A stretch of 64,000 nucleotides of DNA from Camelus dromedarius (GCF_036321535.1 NC_087437.1:19284001-19348000), one strand, 5' to 3'; shown: positions 37,431 through 51,568, numbered from the stretch's first letter. Made by a program: numbers and translations. The notes: generated by a model not told the origin, from the sequence alone.

Positions 37431-39922
37431 TGGGTTGGGTAGGCAAGCAAGCCCTCAACATGTTCTAACTCATCCATGCCTCACACCAGCACCCAGGAAG
37501 CACTCCCAGGATTTAGGACTGTGACATCCTCTAGCTTCTTGTGAAGACCCATGACAATCTTGAGAGGTGGGCAAGGATCAGTCTACCTACTTGCCAGAAA
37601 AGGGCTCAGAGAGGTTAAGAAACTGACTCAAGGTCACACAGGTGGAGGAGCAGCAGGTCTTTGTTTCCCCTCCCTGCCCACTCAGAGCTTGTTCATGGTC
37701 TAACTCCTATGGAGGCCCAGAGGCAACTGAGTTTTTATTCCTCATACGAGTGGTTCATAACAATCCACTCAGAGACAACCTCGCCACATGCACATTCTGG
37801 AACTTTGGTGCTAGACTTGTCCCCAGGCAACTGCTCCCTGGCACCCAGCTCTTCCCCTGCTCCCCACCCGCAGGCTCTGCTTTTTCACCTTTTCCTTTCC
37901 CACTTTTATGTACATTTGTCCCATGACTTCCCACTATTAGTTAATGACAAAGTGCTCCCGGCGTCGGTATGACAGACAGGGACAGGGAGGAGGGAGAGAG
38001 GAAGGACATCCCTATGCAGAGAGGCTGGGGCAGCTCCCCCAGGGCAACATGGCAGTGAAGCCCACCCAAGCAGATCTGGGTGGATGGGCACAGGAGCTGC
38101 CAACTGGGCCGTCAGCGCCATTAAGGCAGACACACTGACCAGTCCACTGGAGGACGTGGTTCCTTCCAAGAAGTTTCCCTGCTGATGTTTCGTGCAAAAT
38201 AATGGATTGGAAACAGGACTTTAAACAAGCTGGTTTTCAAAGCAGCCAAGGGGCAGAGTCCACTTGTGGGCTGGTGGGGCTTAACCTTTGCTCCAGGAGG
38301 GGTGCAGGGAGATGGTGATGTGGCCTTTTTCTTTCTTCTTCTTCTGATGGGAGAACCAGAGTGAAGGAATATCCCTTCTACTCCCCTGCCCTGGACAAGG
38401 AGCCCTCCTTCCCAGGTGCCAGTGAGAGGCTCTGGGCCCCTCTGGCCATTGAGATGCCCACCCTCCAGGCCAGAGGGTGCCTTGTTCTTTCAGGGGTCTT
38501 TCTCTCTTTTTTCAAAGGAGTCTTCCAAACCTGGGTGGCCTCCACCATGGATTTCTGGGCATCCTGGGGTTTCTCCTGCCTTTTGGAATCTCAGGGGCTG
38601 GAATAAATGTGGGCCCCCGAGGAGTGGGGGATGCTCTGGGACGTGGGTTAGGAGAACTTTGCCTGAGGGCCTGCTCTACTGTTAATAATCTGGGTGACCT
38701 GGGGAACATCCCCTAACCCTTGGTGCCTCCGCTTCCTCATCCGCCAAGGGCATTTTAACAATATCTGCCTTTTCTTCCTGGTTCTTATGAAGATCACGTA
38801 CAATATCAAGTATGAAAATGCTGTATAAACTGAAAGTTATTTCACAAATGTTAGGTGGTCCTTTTAGTGACCCCTGACCCAATGCTGTGCTTTGTGGTTT
38901 CTCCATATGAGAGTATGGAGGGGGCAGTGTGGCCTTCAACAGGGAGGTTATTTTCCTTAGGTCCCATGGGAATTGGGAAGCGCTCTGGAATGAAAGTTGG
39001 GAAAATCTAAATTCAAGTCCCAGCCTCCTCATTACTAAGTGATCTTAGCAAGTCCCTTCTCTGGCTTCTAGCAGGGGGAAGGGTGTCAGATGACCACTAA
39101 GTTTCCTCCTGGCTCCAGTTCGGTGAATTTTATTGAAATCTTTACCCTTACAGCGAGAGTTACAACCAGGTTCCCACTATAGAGTCTTAAAAAAAAAAAG
39201 GGTCTATGGAGGTACAATTTGCATACAACAAACTAAGGACCCTGATCTCTGGCCTAGGTGGGCCAAAGGGACTAGAGTCTCTACTCTGAAAGGTCTTCTG
39301 TAGCCTCACCTGTTCAAGAAAATGTAGCAGCTTCCCAGCCGACGCCTCCGCAGTCCCAGAACCTCACCCTGATTAGAGAAAGCAGCCCTGTATTTTCTAA
39401 TTATCCCTACAGTTCCAATCAGGCCATTGTTCCTTAAGTCTAAAGGGATTTGAAGCCATTCTAATCTGGCTGGGCCCATGTCACTTGACTCTGGCTTCCA
39501 GATTTCCTGTTATCGGAAGTGCTTTAACATTACCCAAAGGTCATAATGGGGCGAAGAGGAGCCTCCAGGCCTGTGATCTGGAGAGACGAACTGGGAGGGG
39601 GCGATCACTTAAAAATAGGAACTAAATCTCAGGATTCCTGACTCTTTCTGCAAAGAAGCAGATCTGGTCCAAGTCTTCCATGGTCCCCGAGAGAGCCAAC
39701 GAGATCGAGGCGGGGTGCGAGGAGCCAAATGGTGGTAACACCCCGAAGCCCGCCTATGAAGCTGGGATAAAGCGAATTAGTCCTACACTTCGCTCACAAG
39801 AAAAAATTAATTCTAGACCAACTAATTCTAGACCATCAGCCATGCAATCGATTGCTCTGTGTCCACTGAAAATAATGAGTTATAAAAAATAATTAATGAC
39901 TCAAGAAAAGTCCCCCCTAGGC

Positions 39923-40115
39923 CAGCTTCTCATCTGCACTCCCAGCATTTAGGCCACAACATTCTTTGCTGTGCGGTCTGTGCTGTGCATTGTAGGAAGG
40001 TTAGCGGCGTCCCTGGTCTCTACCCATTAGATGTCAATGACAACACACCCCTAGTTATGACAACCAAAAATGTCTGCAGACAATGCTGATCGTCCTTGGG
40101 GGGAATAATTGGTCC
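39923..40115. mobile_element. MER20 (hAT-Charlie)
   Basis: TGTGCATTGTAGGAAGGTTAGCGGCGTCCCTGGTCTCTACCCATTAGATG...GACAACCAAAAATGTCTGCAGACA. Confidence 0.8.
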
Positions 40116-41589
40116 TTTCTGGCTTTTAGAAAAAATGGTCCCATTTTGTTTTTTTAGAAAAAGTAATTACAGACTATTGTCTTGGCCACGATTTGTTGTG
40201 TGACTGTTACCTGCCAGGCGCTCGGGTGAGGGCCTTACAGACAAGATCTTGTTTATCCACAGCTAGTGGATTATAAGGGCCTTTCATTTTCTTCTCTTAT
40301 TAGGAGAAACACATAAAGCAACAGCATCTTCTGATTTCTCTAGTTAATTTGCAGGTTCTTCCTCTGCCTCCCGCCTGGCCCAGCAAGGAGAGGAGGAAGG
40401 AAGAGGTGAGATTCCTGGTCCTGTCACTGCCAAATTAGGAATGTGCTTTTGGAATTCTTCTCACCCTGTTTGAGCCTTGTGTATAAAATGAGGATAATGA
40501 TGCCTGCCTTGCAAGGCTGTAAGGCTTAGAAGCAAACTTTGGGAGGAGGGAACATGGCTGCTTTGTTTCCCACTATCCCATCAGTGCCCGGCTGCTCGCT
40601 GGGTCTGGTTCAGAATAGATCATCAATAAATGCTCCCGAAATGAACAGGTTGATGAAGAAAAATGTCTGCATCTGTCCCAGGCCCTGGCACCAATGTGTG
40701 TTGGATAAATACTTCCTGGCTGACTGTGTCTGCGATCCAGACAGGCGAAGGGCAGAGGCAGCAGTTGGCACCGGCGGCTGCAGAAAGCAGGACACAAACC
40801 AGGACCGCCTCTGCCCTTGCGGAGTTTGTGGTCCAGGAGGATGGGATCGGCAATGAACCAGAGGTAACCAAATCACTAAATAACTGCAGTGTGAGAGGTG
40901 CCGCAGAGCCGGGGTTCAGAGTCACCCATATCTCACGCTTGCCCGGACACATGCAAGCACACCTGCTAGACCTGTGGTCCAGCCTGTGCGATTGTGATTA
41001 GCCAAGGCCCTGGGCTCTGGGGAAGTGTTAGAGAGGCTTCCACTGCTTTTTAAGCTTGAAAGAGTGAACTTTAATAAAAGAAAACATTTCCATTGAGCTT
41101 TTAAATACTTAATAGGAGCTAAAAGTAATTAAGGTGAATAAAATAGTTTCGTTTCAATTCAATAAGTGCTTTCTTTTATTAACTTCATCATCCTTCAGGA
41201 TTGGGATTAAGGTTTGTCTGCACTTGGAAAAGGTCACATTCGCCCAAAGACTGATGAATGTCAGGAGTAAGGCAGCCACAGGCCCTGGGAATGCCAACAG
41301 AAGCCTGAGCTCTGTGAGGCTGCATCCAAACCCTGACCCTGCCAAGCCCCCGTTTCCTCCTGTGTAAAGCAAAGTGGGGATGGTACTGCCGTTCAAGGTC
41401 GCATTGAGGACTACGAGAGCTACCGTACGTATGTATGTAAAACATGTGGCACACCACATGGCACAAGGAGGGGTCAGTTGATGATGACCCCCTCCCCTCT
41501 TCCCTTTACTTGAGAGATGGCTGGAGTCAGACTGGGAGCTCTTGGAGGGTAGGGCCTGGGGGCTGCTCCCATGAGTGCCCCTCGGTGTG

Positions 41590-42040
41590 CATTTGCTATC
41601 AGACATCTTCCCCTCCTTTCCCTGTGCTGCTCTGCCCTGCAGGGAACTACATTTCCCAGGCTTCCTGGCGGCAGGCTTTGGGCTAGCTTCTACTCATGGG
41701 AGCCCAGATGGGAGGTTGGCAAGTGAGAAGAAAGGAAAAGCCAGAGTGTTTCTCCATCTCTTCCTCCCTCTTCTGTTTTGGGGGTGTTTTTTGGTCTCCT
41801 CTGATACCCCACCCCACCCCCAAGGTTCAGCTCTGCCTGGCAGCCTGGCTTCTGGTAACCACTTTCCTCCTGATCCCTCTGTCCCTCGGGGTGATACTGG
41901 CAGCTTCCTACTAAGCTCCCAGCTGCTTCACATCTCTTATGAGGCTTCTAAACTTTCCCATCTTCTGTGTAAGCCATTCCCTATACTGGATCCCCTCTGT
42001 GAAAAACGCCTAGCATGGCTGACAGGAGCAGACTGACTCA
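41590..42040 (+). mobile_element. Old ERVL LTR (LTR33-like)
   Basis: ACTACATTTCCCAGGCTTCCT...ATGGGAG...GGAGGTTGG...AGCCAGAGTGTTTCTCC pattern. Confidence 0.5.
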
Positions 42041-44479
42041 TCTGTGCCTCCAGCCTCTGACCACGGCAGGGGCTCACTAATCTCCTATTGGCCAAATGCA
42101 TTTTCTGTTATAATAGTCTTTAAAAAGGTAGCATTTGACCACCTTTTCCAGGCCTTCCCCATGGTACCCCCTGGCTTTCCCTGACCTTAGCAATCCAGAA
42201 GCATGAGGAGCAACTCAAATGAGGACCAGCCCCGGAAAATCTACCACTAAATCTTGAAAATTCTAGGAAATTCTGTGTAGTTCATTTCTATTTCATTTTC
42301 TTAAGCCCCAGCTTCCAATTGGATCTCTACATAACCAGTGTAATCAGTGAGCCCAAATGAAATATTCCCAACCTCTGCCCTTCTAATCAATCACAAATCA
42401 CACGTGAAGAGCCAGTTCAAGTAGAAAAATCAGTTCCGGGGAGTCTGCTCTGACCATCAGTTCTGTCAGAGGCGGGCCCAACCCCCCAGCCGGGAGAATG
42501 CAAACCAGTCACCTCCGATGATGTCCTGTCAGCAACAGAATTCGTCTTGAAGGAGACTTTAAGTGAATGTTGATTGGAAAAAAAACAAAAAACAAAAAAC
42601 CACCTGATTTCAGACAACTGAGAAGAAACGGCCTTCGTGGTCTCCTGAACATGCCACCGCAGCGGAACCTGCTGGGGTGGGTCCGGACACGTAGGAAGTG
42701 GGAGGGCCACGCCGTCCCTGCCAAGGGCTGCCTCGTCCTAGAGGGTCTCCGCATCTGGAGACAGACCTGCCTGTGTTCAAATTCTGCCTCTGTGACTTAC
42801 CAGCTGTGGGGTCTTGGGGGAGTGTTGGACCCAGTCCAAGCCTCAGTTTCTTCCTCTGTAAAATGGGCTGTTCTGTCATAGTCCTGGGAAGTGCTCCAGA
42901 GCAGACAAGGTACCTAACAAAAGGCCCAGTGTCCTCTCTTTGAACACCAGTTAAGGACCCAGGCTAAGCCTACTGAGCTTGTAAATACACCTGCTCTGTG
43001 TTGATTTGCGTAGTTGTTTTTAAAGAAACCCTCCTGTACTTCGGGGGTGTATGTGGGGAGAAAAAAACTAGAGAAAGCCCCTGTGTGTGTCTCGGACTCT
43101 GTTGCTCTGGTTGTGGTCTGTGTACCTGGCTGATCAAGGCGGTCACATCTGCTCCTCTTTTCTGCCCTCCCTCACCATGAGTGGGGCTCTGTCCCAAGTC
43201 CCTCCTCCCCTCTCCCTCCCCCCCACACCCAGTCCCCTCCCCTCCTCACCCATACTTTCCTCCTTCTTTTCTTTGCTTTCCTGCTCTGTCCTCTCCCTCC
43301 TTTCTCTTCTCCTTTCCCTCCCCTCCTCCTCTCATCCCTGGTGTCATCATCACATGCTGGCCTCAAAAGTGTGCGTGGCAGCCTGGCCACTCCTCCCGCC
43401 CCAGCAGGGAGGTAAGATGAAGGGGTGACATTTGGCCCTCGGAGGGTGGCAGTGGCGATGGGAGACACAGGTGGGCCTTGCAGTCCCTGCTCTGTCACCT
43501 CACGTGCAGCAGGCCTAGCCCAAACCCACACCCCTTCAGCAGCCCACTCCCCTCCACAGCTAAGCCACGTGGAGGCTCCTCCTTCTCCCTCTTCCCCAAA
43601 CCCACACCAGACTCTTGCCGCACCTCCTCCGAGAGCCTCCAGCAACCTTCATCTGGTGCAGGGGCCTCTTCCAGCGCCATCAGGTTCCTCCCTTCCTTCC
43701 TGCAACCACTCCCCGGCCCTGCCATGGGTCCCTCACTGCTTCTCCCAAGAACAACTTGTTACAACAGCCTCTGAGCAGGTGAACCTGAGTCCCTCTCCCC
43801 CCCTCCAGCTGTCCTGCCATCAGTGGCCACAGCATGGTTCCTGGTCCAGGTGTCAGATCACATCACTTGGTGCTCGGAATCCTGCACTGGATCCCATGAT
43901 CTACCGAGAGCGTCCCACCAAGGTGGTCACAGCCTACTTCCCTCTACTGAGTAATGACTTTCCCCACCCGGCCTCGTCACTTACCTTCACAGGGCAGATG
44001 CCACTCTCCCACCATTCCTCAGTCCTCTTTGCCTTTTTCTGCCCCTAGCCTTTGTTCAAGCCACTTCCTTCTCTGCCCTTCCCTGGCCCCATCGCCCACT
44101 GCCACCCTCCAGGGTCCCAGTGCCTCCCCTGTCAGGAAGCTGGTCCAGAGAGTGGTCACTTCTCTTACAGGGCTCAGCCTCACAGGTGGGGGCTCTGATA
44201 CGCAGGGTGGAAAGATGTGTGGGCTTTTCACCTGACCTTTGGCCACCTGAGGAGATGGACTGGGATTTTGTTTAAAGGTGCACATTTAAAGTGAATCATG
44301 TTTACCTGAACGGGGTAGGGCTTGTCAGTGTGCTTGTCAAGCACCCGCAGGTGCTCACCTGGGGAGCTTGTAACAGCATATTCCTGGACCTGCCCCCCGG
44401 CCTCTGCATATACAGAGGGCGGTCGGTGATAATGGTATTGACTGTCGTTTCAGTCACAGTGCTAAGATCTTACTCAATT

Positions 44480-44645
44480 CTGATTACCCCTTACGAATCA
44501 GGGTCCAAATTCCTCATTTTGCAGATGGAGAAACAGAGGCTCAGAGAGGGAGAGTAACTGCCAGACCGTCACACAGCTGGGGAGAGGCGGGGCAGGGTTT
44601 GAGCCAAGGGCTGACACTGGAAGTCCAAGCTTGAGCCGCTCTGCA
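44480..44645 (-). mobile_element. MIR SINE
   Basis: CATTTTGCAGATGGAGAAACAGAGGCTCAGAGAGG...GTCACACAGCT is the reverse MIR core. Confidence 0.75.
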
Positions 44646-46753
44646 GCGCTGCTGATTTGTGAGCTGGGATTTGCGTGTGACAGGTCCTCTTTAACTTTCA
44701 AGATCAGGCTCCCTGGCTTATAGTTAACCTTAATCTCTCTCATGACATCCCCAGAAAGCTGGGGTTCTGAAGGTCTGGGAATCTCTCCCATCAAGGTGAC
44801 CCCTTCCACTCTGTCCCTCAAACAGCCTTGTCAGTACCGAGGGGAAGCATTCCTGTCATGGTTTGGTTTTGAAATAGGCTGAAGGCGCAGAAATGGGAGG
44901 CAGGAGACTTGCCCTGCCTCATCCACAGTGAGTGCGGGATGGGGAGGCGGACCCTGGCCCCAAATACCTGTCCTGGCTTTTGAATGGGTACCTCCAATTT
45001 GACTTCTTCTGAGTTCATATGCATCTTTGTTGATAAAGAATGATCAATAGAATGAATACAATCAGCCTTTCACACTATATGTGAACCAATTCAGTTACTT
45101 CTCATTTGTGAAAGAATACGCTGAGAAAATCCCACCTGGAAAATGGGATTTTGTTCTGTCTCACTGAATGCACATGAAGGAATGAGGGTAGTATTTCCAA
45201 AACACCCTGCGAAAGGCCACGCTGCAGGGTGAAGGGGATCCCGAGGTTTAAGGCTTTTCAAGGCTTTAACGACACTAATTCTCACTGTGCATTTCTCAGA
45301 AGGGGGTATAGTTCTCAGCATCCCAAAGTTCACTTGAGCAGGAACCTTTTCACAGAGTCTTGAGGGGACTAACATTCCCTAGGATATACTTTGCAAAAGC
45401 TAGGATCAAAAATTACTAATAAAAATAACCCTGTACATGTGCAGAATACTTCATAACTAGTCCCCAGTGACCTTGTTCAATGGGATTTTCTTGAGGAACA
45501 AGGAAGAGGGTCATTTGAGGCTGCGGTGGGGGGGTCATTCCAGGACACAGGATCTCTGGAGGGGCTCTGGGGAAGCCGAGGACAAAGGGTTCACTTTACC
45601 AGTCCCTCTGCTGGGCCCCCGTTCTGCCCAGGAGCCAGGCCTGCACCTCAGGAGGCTCCCCTTCCCCAGCACCCATAGGAGGACCCCCACCTCCCCTAGG
45701 CCCCCAGCCGGCATGAGGCCACCTGGGTACTTCCTTGGATGTGGTATGGTTGTTGGGGAGCACAGCTTGCCGGGAGGCCTGAGTCCTGCCGCCAGGCACA
45801 AGCGCTTGAGTCTGGCCTTGGGTCATGTGGGCAGATTACAGCCTCTCTCTCCATCCTCAATCCCATTTAGCACGTTACGGATCAGTGGTCATGCCCAGCA
45901 TACCAGAGTGTGCTAATACGAGGTGCTGCCCCTCCTGGGGTGAACCTACTTTACAGAGGCTATGTCTGCCTAATGGTGGGATTCCCGGCCCTACTACAGA
46001 GGTAGGAGGAGATGCCTTTGACCTGCAGTGCCTTCCCAGGACCTCATGAATGAGCCACCATGCATCCATCCCTATAACCACTCTGCTGTTCCAGGTGCAC
46101 TGGTCCATTTGTGTACCTAGCAGGAAAATACAGTGCTGCTCAGAGTAACAACCCTAATGTTCTGGAAGCATCAGGAGACCTTGGAGGTACTGGCCTATCG
46201 CTACTTAGCATCCACTCATCTGGACCCCCGGGGTTGTGGAGGGAGTAACTCCACGTAATGACCAGAGCTAGTAGGGACAACACCCTTCCCATGCACCAGG
46301 TCCTGTTCCAGGAACTTTGCACATACCAACTTGCTTAATCCTCACAGTAACGCAGTGGAGGAGATGTTATTTTTGTCTTCTCCATCTTATAGAAGAGAAA
46401 AACAAGGATAGAGATGCCAAATGATGGTCACCCAGCTAAGAATTGGAGCAGCAGGACTTGAACCCAGGCCATCTGGCAGTGTTTGGTGATCCCTCTGCAG
46501 GGGTGCCAGTCTACCCAGGGCTGAAGGGCAAAGGGCTGGCCTGGACCAGAGCAGCTGGTACGGTAGCCCTGCACAGACCTTCAGAGGTAGCTCTATCCAG
46601 GCTGCTCATGCAAACTGGAAGACATATGCTTCTTAAAGTAGAATCTTGGAGAAATAAATGTGTTATCCAAAAAAATGAATCTCAAATAGGCAATGTCCAA
46701 AAATCAGTAGGGATGCTGTGCTGGTCAGAGAATACAACTCCCCCTACACTAAC

Positions 46754-46786
46754 ACAAACAAACAAACAAACAAACAAACAAACAAA
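46754..46786. repeat. (CAAA)n tetranucleotide repeat
   Basis: Direct read of the sequence. Confidence 0.9.
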
Positions 46787-46935
46787 GCTAAACTAAAAAG
46801 CAAAAGCATAAGCCACACAGAAAACCACCATGCGGGCAATCATTTCTTCTGCTTGGGGATAAAACTGACAGTTCTAGAAATAAAGGGAGATAGATGAAAG
46901 GGTTTCAAAGTATGGGAGTGATTTTTGTTTTTTCG

Positions 46936-46941
46936 TTTAAT
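46936..46941 (-). terminator. RBP2: Probable RBP2 polyadenylation signal (ATTAAA)
   Basis: Minus strand ggcATTAAAcg, about 190 nt after the stop codon. First canonical-type hexamer seen downstream of the stop. Confidence 0.7.
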
Positions 46942-47133
46942 GCCAGCTTCCAAGGAAGGAAGAATGTGTCTGTCACTGTTACACATGCGTTCTGTTTAAA
47001 ACCCATCCAGATGCCTTAATGGGCTCTGTCAGGAGTGGGAGGGTCCCCTTGGCTGCTTCCCAAGCCAGTCGGGGAACTCTTTACAGAGAGTGGGGAGTGG
47101 GGAGTGCATGCTCAGTAGGCCCCTCTCCGGCCA

Positions 47134-47184
47134 TTACTTCTTCTTGAACACTTGACGGCACACCTGGTCACCACACCTCAGCTC
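47134..47184 (-). CDS. RBP2: RBP2 exon 4 coding part (ELRCGDQVCRQVFKKK*)
   Basis: gttgcag acceptor, then 16 codons and TAA at 47134-47136. Matches the CRBP-II C-terminus. Confidence 0.97.
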   Translation of the reverse strand, partial: ELRCGDQVCRQVFKKK

Positions 47185-48765
47185 CTGCAACATCAGAAAG
47201 CAGGTGAGTGACTAACAGACCAGGCCCTCCTTCTGCACACCCCAGCCCTCTTGGTGTCTGTGAGTTGGGAGGGAGGGGAGCTGGAATAAAGAAGACAATT
47301 AGTCATTCTGGGCAAAGTGTGTCTCAGAGACCCAGTCAGCTGGCATGCCCTGCAGGTAGCCGTAATTCGATTTTGACACTTGAATTGAGCTTGAACAACT
47401 ATAAAAATGAAAAATGCAAAGAAATTACTCTCTTGGGCGGGATTTCTCCCACTCTCGTGATTAAAGCAACATCGCCTAATTTCTAAAAGGCAGCGATGCC
47501 ACGAAGAAGGGAAGCATCTAGTGGGGAATGTTTGGAAGGCAGGGGCCTGGGGAGGTGCTGGCTGGTGAGCTGTCCCTCCACCCTGTGGATTTCCTGGCCT
47601 CTGGTGATTAGGATGTTGGTGGGTGGTGGCACAGGCCATGGCAGGGAGCGGGCTGCAGAAGGGCTCCCCCAGGCCTGCCTGGGCAGACAGGATGCTGCAT
47701 TTCATCTGGATGCAGGGAGCCCCCAGGTCTTATCTGCATCTTGTGACCCTTTAAAGGAGGGAGAAGAGAAAAAAAATGAGTGTGGGGACAGCCACAAACA
47801 TCGTTGCAGTTCTCAGTGGATCCATTGTCTTGCCATGGGGACCACTGGGGCTTATACTACAATTAAAAAAAAAAATCCATCATCCAAACCAGAACAGGTA
47901 GGAAAATTATCAGTGGAAAACACAGTGAATGCCTTCTATTTATCATCAGTTGACCTCACCTAAAGATCTCAGGTGAGGCAAGGCTGGCTCTAGGGCAACC
48001 TGTGACCAGAATACTGATACTGGAGCCAGGTACCTGTCTGACTCCACAGGTGAATGAATGAATGAATAAATGGAGAGCCATTCATAGAATGAGCCATTCA
48101 TTTAACAAATGAGTAACTGAATGCATGAAGGTGTGAAGGATTTTTCACTATTTGACTGCTGGACACATCCATTGTCTTAAAGATTGAAGAGTGAAAAATT
48201 AAGCTGTCTAGACAGACTTTATTCAAGGATATCAGCAGTTATGTTCCTTCTGCTCTGTTCTAGTGCCAAATTGACCTAAAATATTTTGGGATCAGGTGAG
48301 CATGCCTTATGATAAGAGGCCTGTGCCTGTGGTCTACAGGCATCTCCCAGGCCCGGCTGCCTCCAGGGCATCCCGCCCCCAGTGCAACCCCTCTCCTCCC
48401 AGGCTCACAGAACCGGGCAGGCCCAGTCTCCCTCTCCTCCAGGGCATCTTAAGTGTCTTCCTCACATTTCTCCCCTGCTGGTCTTTAACAGGTTCCCTGC
48501 ATTTCTCCTTGGATCGCAGCTTCCTAGCTCAGCATTTTGAACTTTCGTTTTAATTGCAGCCATTCACAGAAAGAGCCATATAGATTTCCTCCTGGAGTCC
48601 CCTGAGCCACGCAGGAATGGCTTTCTGACTATATGACCACATGCCTTTGGCTGGAGCTAAGGGGAGGAGGGCAAGGCCATTTTTCTTGTCAAAGCGCCTG
48701 GCTAGCTGAACCGGCAGTTTGGTGTAAGCACGCTGGAGGGGAGCTCGGCGGACCCCGGGACTTAC

Positions 48766-48867
48766 CAGGTACAGCTTGTCCCCCTCCACCCACTGCTTCC
48801 AGCCACGGTTCTCCTTTTCCCCCTTCTGCACGCAGACAAGGGCATCACCTTCCCAGATGACCAGCGT
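48766..48867 (-). CDS. RBP2: RBP2 exon 3, 102 nt ([34 protein letters not shown])
   Basis: cattgcag acceptor, CTG|gtaagt donor, 34 codons. Contains the retinol-binding Gln (Q108 in mature numbering). Confidence 0.97.
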
Positions 48868-50698
48868 CTGCAATGACAGGTTTCCGGGCAAATCAAATGT
48901 ATGGTCCTGATTGGGACTGAACACACGTAAAGCTGCAGTTCCTGCAGCCTTTCCCGGGCTCCTGCTTGCCCGCAGAGCGGAGCCCTCAGCCACAGTCATG
49001 CCAAGATCCCCCCAGTCTCATTTTCCACATACAGCCTCCATTCCAGCCACACAGGCTTGTCATGGCTGGTTCTGTTCTCTTTGAAAACCTTCTCTTCCAT
49101 TTTACCATGTGGTAAAGACAGCATCCCAGATCAGTGGGAGAAGAGATGATGGATTTAACTATGTCCCCATGTAAAATTTCTGGAAGGGAAAAATACCCCA
49201 AAGTCAATAGATAAATAACAAATGGGGAAAAATAATTGTACCACATATCAGATAAACCTGATTTCCTTATCTACAAGGGCTCCTGCAAATCAGTAAGGAA
49301 AAGATCATTAATCTAGTAGGAAATTCAACACAGGACACCAAACCAATGGCTGGCAAGGAAAAAACAAAAACTTAGCAGACGGCTTTTAAACATAAGAAAA
49401 GATATTCAGTCTTACTCACATGCAAATTAAGACTTTATGTTTAAGATACAATTCAGTCTATAGTCAAGGATTGGAGATACATACTGATAACACACCGAGC
49501 TAGAGCGGGTGCAGAGACGGTTGGACCCTCAGACAGGGCCGGTGGGCATATAAATTGATAAGAATCCTTTTGCAGGGCAATTTTACATTACATTTCAAAA
49601 TGTAACATGATGTACACTCTTTGACCTAGAAATTCTACTTCTGGGACTACTCCCTGCAGGAATGACATGGTGAGGACTGCCCATTGTCGGGCAATAACAA
49701 AGGCAGGGAAGCCACCTTCCCTGCAGGGGGCTGTGTGAATGGCTCCAAAGCCTGCTTTGTCGTTCAGAACCAGGAGGTGGACCTTCTCCAGGCCCTTGGT
49801 TTCCCCCAGGCAGCAGTGCTGACCAGTTAGTAGCACTGGGGAGGCTGCAGCGATGCAGAGCTTGTGCTTGTGTTGACCAGCAGGTTGGAGAAGCCACAAA
49901 AGGCTGAACCACAGGAGGCTCAAACCCCTTATGCTAAATTCACATCTTTACAAATTACACACCCACCCCAACTCCTCCTCCTGGTCCCCCTTTTCTCTCA
50001 CTCAGGAGCATCTGAACTGTCTCTCGGTGGTCCTCAGGGCCACCCACCTCTGTGAGATGGCAGTGAGACGACGCAGCTCCCATCCAGGCAGTGGTGGTGC
50101 GTGGGTGCTGCCCTTCCTCACAGATGACCCTGAGGTGAGCGGGGTTTCTTCCAAGCATGTGCAAACCCATTATGCCTCTATGAGCAATATTTAAAAATTT
50201 TTTTTCTTGATGTATTTATTTTTTTTAATAGAGTCTATTTTTTTAGAGCAGTTTAGAGCAGAACTGAGTAGAAAACAGAGTTCACACATACTATGTAAAG
50301 GACCAGACATTTGTTTTCCTGGGTATCTGGCAAACCGACTTGCTGATAAATGGACCTGCGGTCTTTTTTATTCACTGTCCTTTGCACCTTCGGATCTGTT
50401 TTTGGTACAAAACTGTTTTCTATGGATTGTTAAGTCTACCTATTTCTAAAATAATATTTGACCTTGACCACATTATATATTTTATGTACAGTTTTATTCC
50501 TCCTTATTTTACTCCTCAGCCCGTTGCAGTGTTTGTTACAGCAAAGGCCTGAAAGCCTCATAAATTCCGTCAGTGGGCGGCTGGTTAAATGTGGAGGGGT
50601 TCGTCCCTGCTCTGTGGCCCCTGAAAGGAGGGGCAGCTCTAACTTATGGAGAAGAGCAGGCTCTGGAGCTCACAGTTCAAGTTAAAAAACAAGGAGTG

Positions 50699-50845
50699 GA
50701 GGAAGGGTATAGCCCAGTGGTAGAGCATGTGCTTAGCACGCACAAGGTCCTGGGTTCAATCCCCCGTACTTCCATGAAAATAAATAAGTAAATAAACCTA
50801 ATTACTCCCCTCCTCCAAAAAAAAAAAAAAACAAACAAACAAACA
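50699..50845 (+). mobile_element. vic-1-like SINE, long form, in RBP2 intron 2 (antisense to RBP2)
   Basis: tRNA-Ala-like head, AATAAACCTAATTACTCCCC segment, A/(AAAC)n tail. TSD is degenerate. Confidence 0.88.
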
Positions 50846-51234
50846 GCAAGGGGCAGGGCCATGTGCATAAAAGAAGGGGGTGGGGATGTACCTGTATGTT
50901 TGCACGTGTTCTCTGCAAGGAGATAAAAGAACCCTTCATAGTGACTGTCCCTGGGGAGGGAACTGAGGTCCTGGGGGCCAGGATAGCAAGGAAATCTCAC
51001 TTTTTCATGTTTAAACTTTTTAAATTATGTGTATGTATTAATATTTCCCAAGTCAATTTAGCAATAAAATTCTACATGTTTTCTAAAGAAAGTATGTCTC
51101 TTACTCCTTTAGAGTCATCTTAAGCCTCACATTATTATTTTTAAAACCTTTAATGGGGGAACAGGGGATAGTGTTGGTAAGGCACTAGATGGTAACTGTC
51201 TACCTACCTGTCTGCTTCCTCAGGAGGCTGTGAA

Positions 51235-51279
51235 AACCCCCAAGTGTCCATCGACAGATGAATGGATCAAGAAGTTGTG

Positions 51280-51312
<33 letters not shown>

Positions 51313-51568
51313 GGAATACTGCTCAGCCATAAAAGAGAATGAAATAATGCCATTTTGTAGCAACATGGATGGATCTAGAGATTATCATATTAATTGAAGT
51401 AAGTCAGACAGAAAAGGACAAATATCATATGATATCACTGATATGTGGAATCTGAAAAAAAAAATGACACAAACTTATTTACAAAATAGAAAGAGACTCA
51501 CAGACATAGAAAACAAACTTGTGGTTACCAGGGGGAAAAGGGAAGGAGGGGAAGGATAAATTAGGAGT
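51235..51568 (+). mobile_element. L1 internal fragment (ORF2 C-terminus/3'UTR start), no polyA
   Basis: AAGTGTCCATCGACAGATGAATGGAT...CAGCCATAAAA...GCAACATGGATGGATCTAGAGATTATCATA...GTGGTTACCAGGGGGAAA is typical L1 3' sequence. Contains an expanded (CA)n at 51282-51310. Confidence 0.85.

Noticed and set aside
39808..39835. Short direct repeat TAATTCTAGACCA x2; similar micro-duplications near 6215 and 48075
   Set aside because: Ordinary slippage duplications with only two copies and no spacer array, so not CRISPR-like.
43087..44048. Cluster of overlapping 100-207 aa ORFs
   Set aside because: Low-complexity C/T-rich sequence giving Pro/Ser-rich translations, with no recognisable domain or splice structure.
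48550..48999. 149-aa ORF, and the 126-aa ORF at 55171-55551, as standalone genes
   Set aside because: Only the parts bounded by AG/GT match RBP2. The flanks are intron read-through.
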